Below are positions 9,685 to 18,195 of a DNA stretch of 22,569 bases, piece by piece. The position numbers and the translations under genes were made by a program. How positions within the stretch are numbered: position 1 is the stretch's first letter; each line of letters starts with the position of its first letter. The notes below the pieces were generated by a model that was given only the letters and a program-made list of their open reading frames with translations, ran no database searches and was not told where the DNA came from. This DNA is from a virus (lineage: Duplodnaviria > Heunggongvirae > Uroviricota > Caudoviricetes). The DNA lies in IMG/VR virus record IMGVR_UViG_2778261128_000006; one strand, given 5' to 3'.

Positions 9685-9840
9685 CGAGAGGTTTATCATT
9701 AAGGTCAACCTCTGGATGTTGTTTCGGCATCCTGCATTGAATCTGAGTTACTGTCTGTTTTCCTTGTTGGAACGGAGAGCATCGCCTGATGCTCTCCGAG
9801 CCAACCAGGAAACCCGTTTTTTCTGACGTAAGGGTGCGCA
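9672..9840 (+). ncRNA. msr-msd: Retron msr-msd non-coding RNA (Ec86/Eco1-type) flanked by a1/a2 inverted repeats
   Basis: a1 TGCGCACCCTTA at 9672-9683 and a2 TAAGGGTGCGCA at 9829-9840 are perfect inverted repeats; long msd hairpin 9760-9811 (24-bp arms around GCCT loop); sequence matches the Ec86 ncRNA as I remember it from retron editing constructs. Confidence 0.85.
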
Positions 9841-9846
9841 ACTTTC

Positions 9847-10809
9847 ATGAAATCCGCTGAATATTTGAACACTTTTAGATTGAGAAATCTCGGCCTACCT
9901 GTCATGAACAATTTGCATGACATGTCTAAGGCGACTCGCATATCTGTTGAAACACTTCGGTTGTTAATCTATACAGCTGATTTTCGCTATAGGATCTACA
10001 CTGTAGAAAAGAAAGGCCCAGAGAAGAGAATGAGAACCATTTACCAACCTTCTCGAGAACTTAAAGCCTTACAAGGATGGGTTCTACGTAACATTTTAGA
10101 TAAACTGTCGTCATCTCCTTTTTCTATTGGATTTGAAAAGCACCAATCTATTTTGAATAATGCTACCCCGCATATTGGGGCAAACTTTATACTGAATATT
10201 GATTTGGAGGATTTTTTCCCAAGTTTAACTGCTAACAAAGTTTTTGGAGTGTTCCATTCTCTTGGTTATAATCGACTAATATCTTCAGTTTTGACAAAAA
10301 TATGTTGTTATAAAAATCTGCTACCACAAGGTGCTCCATCATCACCTAAATTAGCTAATCTAATATGTTCTAAACTTGATTATCGTATTCAGGGTTATGC
10401 AGGTAGTCGGGGCTTGATATATACGAGATATGCCGATGATCTCACCTTATCTGCACAGTCTATGAAAAAGGTTGTTAAAGCACGTGATTTTTTATTTTCT
10501 ATAATCCCAAGTGAAGGATTGGTTATTAACTCAAAAAAAACTTGTATTAGTGGGCCTCGTAGTCAGAGGAAAGTTACAGGTTTAGTTATTTCACAAGAGA
10601 AAGTTGGGATAGGTAGAGAAAAATATAAAGAAATTAGAGCAAAGATACATCATATATTTTGCGGTAAGTCTTCTGAGATAGAACACGTTAGGGGATGGTT
10701 GTCATTTATTTTAAGTGTGGATTCAAAAAGCCATAGGAGATTAATAACTTATATTAGCAAATTAGAAAAAAAATATGGAAAGAACCCTTTAAATAAAGCG
10801 AAGACCTAA
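9847..10809 (+). CDS. ret: Retron reverse transcriptase (Ec86/Eco1-type, 320 aa)
   Basis: RT motifs including YADD (RYADDLTLS) and retron-specific VTG (RKVTGLVI); length and sequence match Ec86 RT from memory. Confidence 0.95.
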   Translation: MKSAEYLNTFRLRNLGLPVMNNLHDMSKATRISVETLRLLIYTADFRYRIYTVEKKGPEKRMRTIYQPSRELKALQGWVLRNILDKLSSSPFSIGFEKHQSILNNATPHIGANFILNIDLEDFFPSLTANKVFGVFHSLGYNRLISSVLTKICCYKNLLPQGAPSSPKLANLICSKLDYRIQGYAGSRGLIYTRYADDLTLSAQSMKKVVKARDFLFSIIPSEGLVINSKKTCISGPRSQRKVTGLVISQEKVGIGREKYKEIRAKIHHIFCGKSSEIEHVRGWLSFILSVDSKSHRRLITYISKLEKKYGKNPLNKAKT

Positions 10810-10822
10810 TGGTCTTCGTTTT
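10799..10822. terminator. Bidirectional hairpin terminator between retron RT and portal gene Q
   Basis: CGAAGACC / TAAT / GGTCTTCG perfect 8-bp stem spanning the RT stop codon, followed by TTTT on plus strand and T-rich run on the minus strand. Confidence 0.5.
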
Positions 10823-10826
10823 AAAA

Positions 10827-11855
10827 CTAAAGCTCATAGGTTGAAAAATTGAGCACTTCTTCGTCCAACCAGTTATTTAGTTCCTGCAATCGTTTCTGCA
10901 GGGGCATCAATTCGTTTCTTACGAATACCTTGCTAGCCTTCTCCACATCCCCAAACCCCCCGACATTATTAGGCATAATTCCCATCATTTGCGGCGGCAC
11001 GCGGTGTGCCGCCATCATGTCATCACGGCTCACGTTCTTGATATTCAGAAACTCATCCTTCGCTGTGACTTCTGACAACGGGATAATCTGAAGTCCGTCT
11101 TTTTTACCATTAGGCGAGTACATAAACAGGTTGCGGAAGTTGCCAGGGCCTTTGGCACTTTTCATCGCATTGCGGAGGTTGTTCACATCTTCCTGGTTCT
11201 GCGCGGCATCGGTCATGTACATGATGAAGCCTGCATGACTACCGTTAATGTAATACTTTCGGCGGAACAGCGTGGCGGACTCGTTGAGCAGGGCGGATGG
11301 GATGGCAGAAAGATAGCCGGGCAGGCCGTAGATCTCCTGGTTGATGTCCGGTTCCATCAGATGAAAAATGCTGCCTTTCGTGAACTGATACGGCTGCGTG
11401 GTCATGCCGTATTGCACAAACCAGTAGGTATCTAGGTCTAATCCGCGTCGGGTGTATTTTGCCAGCGCAGGCTCAAGGGCGATAACTTCACCGAATCGGT
11501 TCGTGCGTTTCTCCAGGTAGGCGTTACCAAAAACCAGATAGTCCTGCACAAAACGTGAAAACGCCTGCTGGCTGAGCAGCGGGTGAGGGATGTAGGTGCT
11601 GGTCAGAATGTTGCACTTTACTGCAATCGGTGAACTGTGGTGTACGGCGGCGCGGAATGTTCGCGCCAGTCCGTCAAAACTTACGGGTGGCTCATACCAG
11701 CGGTCCATCTTTACGCATTCCACATAGTCCAGTAATTCGCGGCGGTCCAGAACAGGAACGGGATCACCGAAGCTGAATGCTTCGGCTGAAGTTTGGTTTT
11801 TATGCTGGATCTGGTTCGTCGCCGCAGCGCGGTTTTTCTTACTCTTTCCCATCAA
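10827..11855 (-). CDS. Q: Phage portal protein (P2 gpQ-like)
   Basis: 342 aa, minus strand, directly downstream of terminase gene in a P-Q operon; size and order as in P2. Confidence 0.8.
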   Translation of the reverse strand: MMGKSKKNRAAATNQIQHKNQTSAEAFSFGDPVPVLDRRELLDYVECVKMDRWYEPPVSFDGLARTFRAAVHHSSPIAVKCNILTSTYIPHPLLSQQAFSRFVQDYLVFGNAYLEKRTNRFGEVIALEPALAKYTRRGLDLDTYWFVQYGMTTQPYQFTKGSIFHLMEPDINQEIYGLPGYLSAIPSALLNESATLFRRKYYINGSHAGFIMYMTDAAQNQEDVNNLRNAMKSAKGPGNFRNLFMYSPNGKKDGLQIIPLSEVTAKDEFLNIKNVSRDDMMAAHRVPPQMMGIMPNNVGGFGDVEKASKVFVRNELMPLQKRLQELNNWLDEEVLNFSTYEL

Positions 11856-13618
11856 AAAATCTCCACAATATTGCTGGTATTGGCGGACTCGCCCTGCAGC
11901 GGTTCGTTAAACAGTGCGTGCATTGTTGCCCAGGCCAGATCGGCATGGCTGGCTTCTTCGCTGCGGCTGGCTTCATAGGTTGGGCGGTTGCCGCTGGCGG
12001 TGGTGGCGCGACGGATTGCCATAAATGACTGCGCTATGTCGGTGTGTCCGGCGTCAAACTCCAGACGACGGTGACTGATAATGTCGTAGGCCTTGAGTAC
12101 CAGGGCGTTTTTAACGTTGGGGTTGTAGACAAACTCCCGGACGGCTGGAAAAAACGCTTTCACGTTCTCGTAAACCCCGTGGCCGACACCTGTCGAGTCG
12201 ATGCCGATGTAGGTCACGTTGTACTGCTCGGTCAGTTTTTTGATGGCGTCAGCCTGGGCGCGGAAGTCCATCCCGCGCCACTGGTGACGCTCAAGAATGC
12301 GGAACTTACCACCCGGCACGGCTGGCGGTGCCACCACCACGCATCCGGCACTGTCGCCGTTCTGCGTACCTTTTGCCGGGTCATAACCGATCCACACTTC
12401 GCGCCAGCCAAACGGGCGCAGGGCCAGTGCATGAAAGTCGGTCCAGATTTCCCAACTGTCCACCATGCACGCTTGCAGCTCGCTGAGCGGGAACACGGAC
12501 GCGAGATCGTCCACGAACTCGCACATCAGCAGGTTCTGGTATTCGTCCGGGCTGTACTCCATGCGTAGCTGGTCGAGGTCGAACAGGTTACAGCCGCCGC
12601 GCACCGCATCTTCCACGGTGACTATCTGGCGGTATTGCCCGTCTGTGCACAGCAGGCCGGGGGCCAGATTGCTGTGGGACAGGTCGATGTCCACCTTGTC
12701 GGCTTTGTTGCGCCCACGGTTGAACAGCGCACCGGACCAGAACGGATAAGCACTGTGTGTCAGGCTGGATGGCGTGGAAAAATAGGTTTGTCGCCATTTT
12801 TTGTGAATAGCCATACCGGAAGCCACTTTGCGCAGCTCTTGGAATTTCGGTATCCAGAAATATTCATCCAGATACAGGTTGCCGTGGTAACTCTGGGCCG
12901 TGCGGGCATTGGTGCCGAGGAAGTACAGCGTGGCCCCGTTAGGAAGCACTATCGGATCGCCTTTCAGCTCCACCTCCACTTCTTTGGCGAAGTCGATGAT
13001 GTACTGCTTAAAGACGTGGGCCTGTGCCTTGCTGGCGGAAAGGAAAATCTGGTTACGCCCGGTTAGCAGGGCGTCAATCAGGGCTTCACGGGCAAAATAG
13101 AAGGTCGCGCCGATCTGGCGTGACTTCAGCAGGTTGCGGATGCGGTTGGTTTTTCCGGCTTCCCACCAGTGGCGCTGGTAGTTGAACATGGAGGAATGGA
13201 AGATTTCTTCCAGCTTCTCAATCTGTTCATCGGTGAAAACGTTCTTTTCCGGCTGACGACGCGGGCCTTTGTTGCGGTTGGCGACGTTAGGGTTTAAGTC
13301 GGCTTCGTTGCCGCCATTGTTAAACTTGCCGATCCGCGCATGGCGCTCCGACTGGCGCGCCAGCAGGTCAATCTCTTTGAAATCTTTCCCTTCTTTGTGC
13401 TCCTTCATAATGAGCTGGCAGTAGCGTGCGGCGGTGGTGAGCTGCATCTGATCCAGCGGCCCATAGTCACCCCACTTGTCGCGTTTTTTCCAGCTGTGAA
13501 CGGTTGCAACTTTCTCGCCCAGCATTTCAGCAATGCGGGCTACGCGGTATCCCTGAAAGTACAGCAGCATGGCCTGCCGACGGGGATCGAGATCTGCGGG
13601 TGTCAGTGTGGTGTTCAT
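11852..13618 (-). CDS. P: Terminase large (ATPase) subunit (P2 gpP-like)
   Basis: 588 aa, divergent from scaffold gene O; size and position match P2 gpP. Confidence 0.85.
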   Translation of the reverse strand: MNTTLTPADLDPRRQAMLLYFQGYRVARIAEMLGEKVATVHSWKKRDKWGDYGPLDQMQLTTAARYCQLIMKEHKEGKDFKEIDLLARQSERHARIGKFNNGGNEADLNPNVANRNKGPRRQPEKNVFTDEQIEKLEEIFHSSMFNYQRHWWEAGKTNRIRNLLKSRQIGATFYFAREALIDALLTGRNQIFLSASKAQAHVFKQYIIDFAKEVEVELKGDPIVLPNGATLYFLGTNARTAQSYHGNLYLDEYFWIPKFQELRKVASGMAIHKKWRQTYFSTPSSLTHSAYPFWSGALFNRGRNKADKVDIDLSHSNLAPGLLCTDGQYRQIVTVEDAVRGGCNLFDLDQLRMEYSPDEYQNLLMCEFVDDLASVFPLSELQACMVDSWEIWTDFHALALRPFGWREVWIGYDPAKGTQNGDSAGCVVVAPPAVPGGKFRILERHQWRGMDFRAQADAIKKLTEQYNVTYIGIDSTGVGHGVYENVKAFFPAVREFVYNPNVKNALVLKAYDIISHRRLEFDAGHTDIAQSFMAIRRATTASGNRPTYEASRSEEASHADLAWATMHALFNEPLQGESANTSNIVEIF

Positions 13619-13664
13619 GGCACAAACCTACAGCCTTGAATGAAGGCTTTCCCCGCCTGCGGTT

Positions 13665-13682
13665 TGTGTGGTTGTCGGTACA
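13665..13682 (+). promoter_or_regulatory. Ogr-type late-promoter activator site (TGT-N12-ACA dyad) upstream of gene O
   Basis: TGT at 13665-13667, 12-nt spacer, ACA at 13680-13682, roughly 55 nt upstream of the expected O transcript start; P2 late promoters carry this dyad. Confidence 0.5.
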
Positions 13683-13760
13683 AATACCGCGCATTGTTTC
13701 ACTACCCCCATCACCGCAACCATAAGGCTCCAGTAAGTTTTTTTTAACGGAGCACGGCTC

Positions 13761-14513
13761 ATGACAGTGAAAGCAAAGCGTTTTCGCATCGGGGTGGAAG
13801 GTGCCACCACCGACGGACGCGAAATCCAGCGTGAATGGCTGGAACAGATGGCAGCCAGCTACAACCCGGCGGTGTATACCGCGCTGATTAACCTTGAGCA
13901 CATCAAGTCTTATCTGCCGGACAGCACCTTTAACCGCTACGGCAAGGTGACGGCGCTGTTTGCTGAGGAAATCACGGAAGGTCCGCTGGCAGGCAAGATG
14001 GCGCTGTATGCCGACGTTGAGCCAACGGAGTCCCTGGTGGAACTGGTGAAAAAAGGCCAGAAATTATTCACCTCTATGGAAGTCAGCCCGAAGTTCGCTG
14101 ATACGGGCAAAGCCTACCTGGTCGGCCTGGCTGCCACTGATGACCCTGCCAGTCTGGGCACTGAAATGCTGACATTCAGCGCCAGTGCAGCCCATAACCC
14201 GCTGGCAAACCGCAAGCAGAATCCTGCCAATCTCTTTACCGCTGCAGAGGAAACGGTGATCGAACTGGAGGAAGTCCAGGACGACAAACCGTCCCTGTTT
14301 TCCCGCGTCACGGCGCTGTTCACCAAAAAAGAGCAGTCCGATGACGCCCGGTTCTCTGATGTGCATAAGGCCGTGGAGCTGGTCGCCACTGAGCAGCAAA
14401 ACCTGAGCGCGCGAACCGAAAAATCTCTGTCTGAGCAGGAAGAACGCCTGTCTGAACTGGAGTCTGCTCTGCAGAAGCAGCAACGGGCAATGCCTGTAGT
14501 TCCACACTGGTGA
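13761..14513 (+). CDS. O: Capsid scaffold protein (P2 gpO-like), C-terminally truncated by deletion
   Basis: N-terminal 220 aa resemble P2 gpO (FRIGVEG...INLEH...YLVGLAATDDPASLGTE); ORF ends abruptly and is followed in another frame by an endolysin C-terminus. Confidence 0.75.
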   Translation: MTVKAKRFRIGVEGATTDGREIQREWLEQMAASYNPAVYTALINLEHIKSYLPDSTFNRYGKVTALFAEEITEGPLAGKMALYADVEPTESLVELVKKGQKLFTSMEVSPKFADTGKAYLVGLAATDDPASLGTEMLTFSASAAHNPLANRKQNPANLFTAAEETVIELEEVQDDKPSLFSRVTALFTKKEQSDDARFSDVHKAVELVATEQQNLSARTEKSLSEQEERLSELESALQKQQRAMPVVPHW

Positions 14514-14653
14514 AATTGCTCAATCAGCGGCGCTGGGCAGATGCGTGCCGACAGTTGCCGCGCTGGGTTTATGTAAAAGGTGTGTTTAATCAGGGGCTGG
14601 ATAACCGCCGTGCGCGGGAGATGGCCTGGTGCCTTAAAGGAGCTGGACTATGA
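14510..14653 (+). pseudogene. Remnant C-terminus of phage endolysin (P2 gpK / lambda R-like lysozyme), no start codon
   Basis: Frame translation ...KLLNQRRWADACRQLPRWVYVKGVFNQGLDNRRAREMAWCLKGAGL-stop, overlapping lysB start in ATGA; genes N, M, L, X, Y and most of K absent. Confidence 0.6.
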
Positions 14654-15078
14654 CGCGTGCGCTGGCAGTAGTGGTGGCGCTGGCACTCGTTGCGCTGGGC
14701 TGGCAGTCGTGGCGGCTTAACAGCGCCAGCCACACCATCGAAACGCAGCGCGCGGCGCTGAAAAGTAAAGCGCAGGAACTGACGAAGAAAAACAGCCAGC
14801 TTATCAGCCTGTCCATTCTGACTGAAACCAATAACCGGGAGCAGGCGCGGCTCTATGCCGAAGCAGAACAGACCAGTGCACTGCTGAGACAACGACAACA
14901 CCGGATCGAGGAACTGAAACGTGAGAACGAGGATTTACGCCGCTGGGCTGATACTCCTTTGCCTGCTGACATTATCCGGCTGCGGGAACGTCCGGCACTC
15001 ACCGGAGGTACAGCTTACCGTCAGTGGTTGTCCGCGAGTGACGCCGTGTCGGCTGGATCAGGCAACGCCGCGCACTAA
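14650..15078 (+). CDS. lysB: LysB / Rz-like i-spanin
   Basis: 142 aa, N-terminal TM helix then coiled-coil rich in R/E/Q; position after endolysin remnant. Confidence 0.75.
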   Translation: MTRALAVVVALALVALGWQSWRLNSASHTIETQRAALKSKAQELTKKNSQLISLSILTETNNREQARLYAEAEQTSALLRQRQHRIEELKRENEDLRRWADTPLPADIIRLRERPALTGGTAYRQWLSASDAVSAGSGNAAH

Positions 15079-15211
15079 CGGTGATCTGAACGCGTTGCTG
15101 GATGAAACGGAGGCCGCCTGGGCGGTCTGTGCAGACAAAGTGGACATGATTATTGCGTGTCAGGAGCGAAACAGTGAACAAACCACAATCCCTGCGCCAC
15201 GCCCTCAATAA
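14921..15211 (+). CDS. lysC: LysC / Rz1-like o-spanin lipoprotein (overlapping frame)
   Basis: Signal peptide with lipobox LTLSGC, proline-rich; overlaps lysB 3' end in alternate frame as in P2. Confidence 0.65.
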   Translation: MRTRIYAAGLILLCLLTLSGCGNVRHSPEVQLTVSGCPRVTPCRLDQATPRTNGDLNALLDETEAAWAVCADKVDMIIACQERNSEQTTIPAPRPQ

Positions 15212-15605
15212 AGCGGTGCCTTATGTCCGCAATAACCCGGACAAACTGCATCTGTTTGTGGATAACGGTTCGCTGGTTGCCACGGGGGCCAGCTCCATGT
15301 CGTGGGAGTACCGTTACACCCTGAACGCGGTGATTGAGGATTTCAGCGGCGACCAGAATCTGCTGATGGCCCCGGTTTTGCTGTGGCTGCGGGATAACCA
15401 GCCCGATGCCATCAATAACCCGGCGTTACGGGAAAAACTATTTACCTTTGAGGTGGATATTCTGCGCAACGATGTCTGTGATATCAGCCTTAACCTGCAT
15501 CTGACGGAACGTGTGCTGGTCAGCACTGACGGCAGTGTGTCGAGCGTTGAAGCTGTAGCAGAACCCGATGAACCTGAAGAAATGTGGACGGTGAAACGTG
15601 GCTGA
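15174..15605 (+). CDS. R: Tail completion protein (P2 gpR-like)
   Basis: GTG start at 15174 after AGGAGC RBS; about 143 aa; resembles P2 R (…FVDNGS…RYTLN…DF.GD…L…PVL.WLR.NQPD). Confidence 0.75.
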   Translation: MNKPQSLRHALNKAVPYVRNNPDKLHLFVDNGSLVATGASSMSWEYRYTLNAVIEDFSGDQNLLMAPVLLWLRDNQPDAINNPALREKLFTFEVDILRNDVCDISLNLHLTERVLVSTDGSVSSVEAVAEPDEPEEMWTVKRG

Positions 15606-16044
15606 ACTGCAGAAGGTGGACGACTGGCTTAGTGCCTTACTGGCGAATCTGGAACCAGTCGCAAGAAGCCGCATGATGCGCCAGCTGGCGCAGGAACTGC
15701 GCCGGACACAGCAGCAGAATATCAGGATGCAGCGCAATCCAGATGGCAGCAGTTATGAACCGCGCAAGGTCACGGCGCGCAGTAAAAAAGGCCGCATCAA
15801 ACGTCAGATGTTTGCAAAGCTGCGCACCACCAAATACCTGAAAACCGCCGCCAGCGCCGACTCTGCCAGCGTACAGTTTGAAAGTAAGGTGCAGCGCATT
15901 GCCCGCGTTCACCATTATGGCCTGCGCGATCGCGTCAGCCGCAAAGGACCGGAAGTGCGTTACGCAGAGCGTCGTTTGTTGGGTCTTAATGGTGAGTCTT
16001 ACGTTCTAACTCGTGATATATTGAATAGATTCCTTCTGTCTTGA
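15598..16044 (+). CDS. S: Tail completion / virion morphogenesis protein (P2 gpS-like), C-terminal end runs into AT-rich foreign DNA
   Basis: GTG start overlapping R stop; sequence composition changes near 15990, so last about 18 codons are probably not native. Confidence 0.65.
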   Translation: MAELQKVDDWLSALLANLEPVARSRMMRQLAQELRRTQQQNIRMQRNPDGSSYEPRKVTARSKKGRIKRQMFAKLRTTKYLKTAASADSASVQFESKVQRIARVHHYGLRDRVSRKGPEVRYAERRLLGLNGESYVLTRDILNRFLLS

Positions 16045-16792
16045 ATTCACCATATGCCCAATGAATTGCATTTTTTTGTTCAGTCAGAATATATTTCCTA
16101 ACTTTTTTAGAATAGTGAATGGTCAGTATAAAACCCAAAGAAATCCATAATAGAATAAATATGGTTGTTGGGGCAAAGGAATAGATAAAGAATTTGTCTT
16201 TAACGAAATTCTTGACTTCTTCATCAATGTAAGTATTCCCTTCATCAGTGGTTAGTAGTTTACAAAGAATTTCTTTATGTTCGATAGTTAATGATTTGTA
16301 CTTCTCTGTACTGGCAGAGGATGACTCTTCGCAATCATCTTTTGATATTTCCCAATCAGGAGTGGTTAATATTGTAGCTGCAGTCGCCAGTTTTTTTGAC
16401 ATATAAAATGATTCACCGGACTTTATCCAATAAAGCAATGTGCTATTTGGTGGGGTTCTAATGGCTTGGATGAAAACTGGACCAAAAATATAAATTGCAC
16501 ACAAAAAAAGAAGTGAAAAGAGAACCGTGATTGATTTTTCAGCCCATGTGATAGTAGGCAGCCTTTTTAATGATATTCGTATAAGAAAAAAATTTAATAT
16601 AAACGCAGGTATTCCTGATTTTTTCAAAATTACATCATGAGATTTTCTATATTTGAATAGTGCTCTTATAACTATCGTCACCAAAGTTATAACAGCTCCA
16701 ATAATGGAAATCCATGCGGCAAGTGCCGCTGCCGGGGTGTTTAAAAATTCAGCATTAAATATATTAGAACTTATTGGATTCATAACACTCAT
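15986..16792 (-). CDS. Multi-pass membrane protein, hypothetical (AT-rich insertion)
   Basis: 268-aa ORF in a very AT-rich block; at least 4 hydrophobic helices (e.g. AALAAWISIIGAVITLVTIVI, ITVLFSLLFLCAIYIFGPVFI, TTIFILLWISLGFILTI); no recognisable enzymatic motif. Confidence 0.6.
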   Translation of the reverse strand: MSVMNPISSNIFNAEFLNTPAAALAAWISIIGAVITLVTIVIRALFKYRKSHDVILKKSGIPAFILNFFLIRISLKRLPTITWAEKSITVLFSLLFLCAIYIFGPVFIQAIRTPPNSTLLYWIKSGESFYMSKKLATAATILTTPDWEISKDDCEESSSASTEKYKSLTIEHKEILCKLLTTDEGNTYIDEEVKNFVKDKFFIYSFAPTTIFILLWISLGFILTIHYSKKVRKYILTEQKNAIHWAYGEFKTEGIYSIYHELERKTHH

Positions 16793-16895
16793 TTATCCAC
16801 CTATTGGTTGTTTTTTATCCTTTTATCAATTTGTACCATCGATACCACAATTTGCAAGAAGTTATAAACAAGTTTTCAGCTGTCATCATATATCT

Positions 16896-17621
16896 ATGAA
16901 CGCACAACTAACCGAAATCATGCGCCTTATCACCAATCTGATCCGCATAGGTGTAGTCACCGAAGTGGACCGGGAAAACTGGCTTTGTCGGGTGAAAACG
17001 GGCGACCTTGAAACCAACTGGATCAGCTGGCTGACGCTGCGCGCGGGTAATGCCCGCACATGGTGGCGACCATCGGAAGGTGAGCAGGTGGTGCTGCTGA
17101 GTCTGGGCGGCAATCTGGAGACTGCCTTTGCGCTGCCCGCTGTCTATTCGAATCAGTTCGCACCACCGTCGACGTCGGCGGACGCCTGCGTGACAGAACA
17201 TCCTGACGGTGGCTGGTTTGAATACGAACCCGCCACCGGGCGCTGGTATGTCAGGGGCATCAAATCAATGGTCATTGAGGCCGCTGATAACATCACCATG
17301 AAAACCAGTGAGTTTGTACTGGAGGCTGACCGCACGCGCATTAACAGCGAAGTGGTGATCAATGGTGGCGTTATTCCTTCACCCACGCATGAAGAACTTA
17401 TTGAAATTTCTGAGTCAAAAAGACAGCTATTAATTAATCAGGCCAACGAATACATGAACAGTAAACAATGGCCCGGTAAAGCCGCTATTGGTCGTCTGAA
17501 AGGCGAGGAACTGGCGCAATATAATTCGTGGCTGGATTATCTGGACGCACTGGAGCTGGTTGATACCTCCAGTGTGCCAGATATTGAATGGCCTACGCCT
17601 CCGGCAGTTCAGGCCAGATGA
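16896..17621 (+). pseudogene. Chimeric ORF: N-terminus of baseplate spike gpV fused to C-terminus of a tail fibre assembly protein (deletion junction)
   Basis: Starts MNAQLTEIMRLITNLIRIGVV...RTWW.PS.GEQV like P2 gpV; ends ...WLDYLDALELVDTSSVPDIEWPTPP like Tfa C-termini (compare the convergent Tfa at 17593-18195). Confidence 0.65.
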
Positions 17622-18195
17622 CATCCGGCGCGGTGCTGGTATCTGTTGCCGTCACCGCGTCAATGTAATCCAGCACAATGTTAAGTCGGGTGGTTTCTGC
17701 CTGCATCAGCTTCCGCCCGGCCTGCAATTTCAGCTGAATCAGACTAATGGAAGCCATTGCTGCATCAATCAGTGACTGGCGTTGTGCTTCTGCCACTTCT
17801 ACTGCGGCACCGTGTTGTGCCTCAGTATCTGTCACCCATTTCTCACCATCCCATTTATCGTATGGCGTTAACGGTGCGATAGTGGTTGTATTTTCAGGGT
17901 AATCACCCGGAGCTGTGATTTCTTTGGCATCTCCCGTTTCGGTGTTATAGACGATTTCACCGCGATGATCTGGCACATATTCCCATGAGTTAAAATCTGT
18001 AGAACGGCAGATTGCATAATCAGCCTTATGTGTGCCAGGGGCATCTAAACAGGAACATGCCGGAATGCCGACACCAACGGAAAGATATTCATTTGAAGTG
18101 GAAATATATTCCCGTGTTTCACCATCATAGTTATAGACAGGAATATTTCCCGCCTTCGTGGCAATAAGCTCGCTATTTAATACAGCGTTATCCAT
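17593..18195 (-). CDS. tfa: Tail fibre assembly protein (Tfa / gpG / U-prime type)
   Basis: 200 aa; C-terminus LDYIDAVTATDTSTAPDVIWPELP typical of Tfa chaperones; convergent and overlapping with the other Tfa C-terminus as in invertible G/C/P segments. Confidence 0.75.
   Translation of the reverse strand: MDNAVLNSELIATKAGNIPVYNYDGETREYISTSNEYLSVGVGIPACSCLDAPGTHKADYAICRSTDFNSWEYVPDHRGEIVYNTETGDAKEITAPGDYPENTTTIAPLTPYDKWDGEKWVTDTEAQHGAAVEVAEAQRQSLIDAAMASISLIQLKLQAGRKLMQAETTRLNIVLDYIDAVTATDTSTAPDVIWPELPEA

Noticed and set aside
12044-13100. Several ORFs of 60-170 aa on the plus strand and minus strand inside the terminase gene
   Set aside because: They lie antisense or out of frame within a long, well-supported CDS and have GC-skewed, arginine/proline-rich translations typical of spurious frames.
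13527-15211. Minus-strand ORFs of 64-147 aa overlapping scaffold gene O and lysB
   Set aside because: Antisense to well-supported phage genes and rich in Arg/Cys/Ser as expected for out-of-frame translation of GC-rich DNA.
16653-16895. Upstream extension of the gpV-like ORF back to 16653
   Set aside because: The extension lies in the AT-rich insert and is hydrophobic junk relative to gpV; the native-looking start MNAQLTEIMRL is at 16896.
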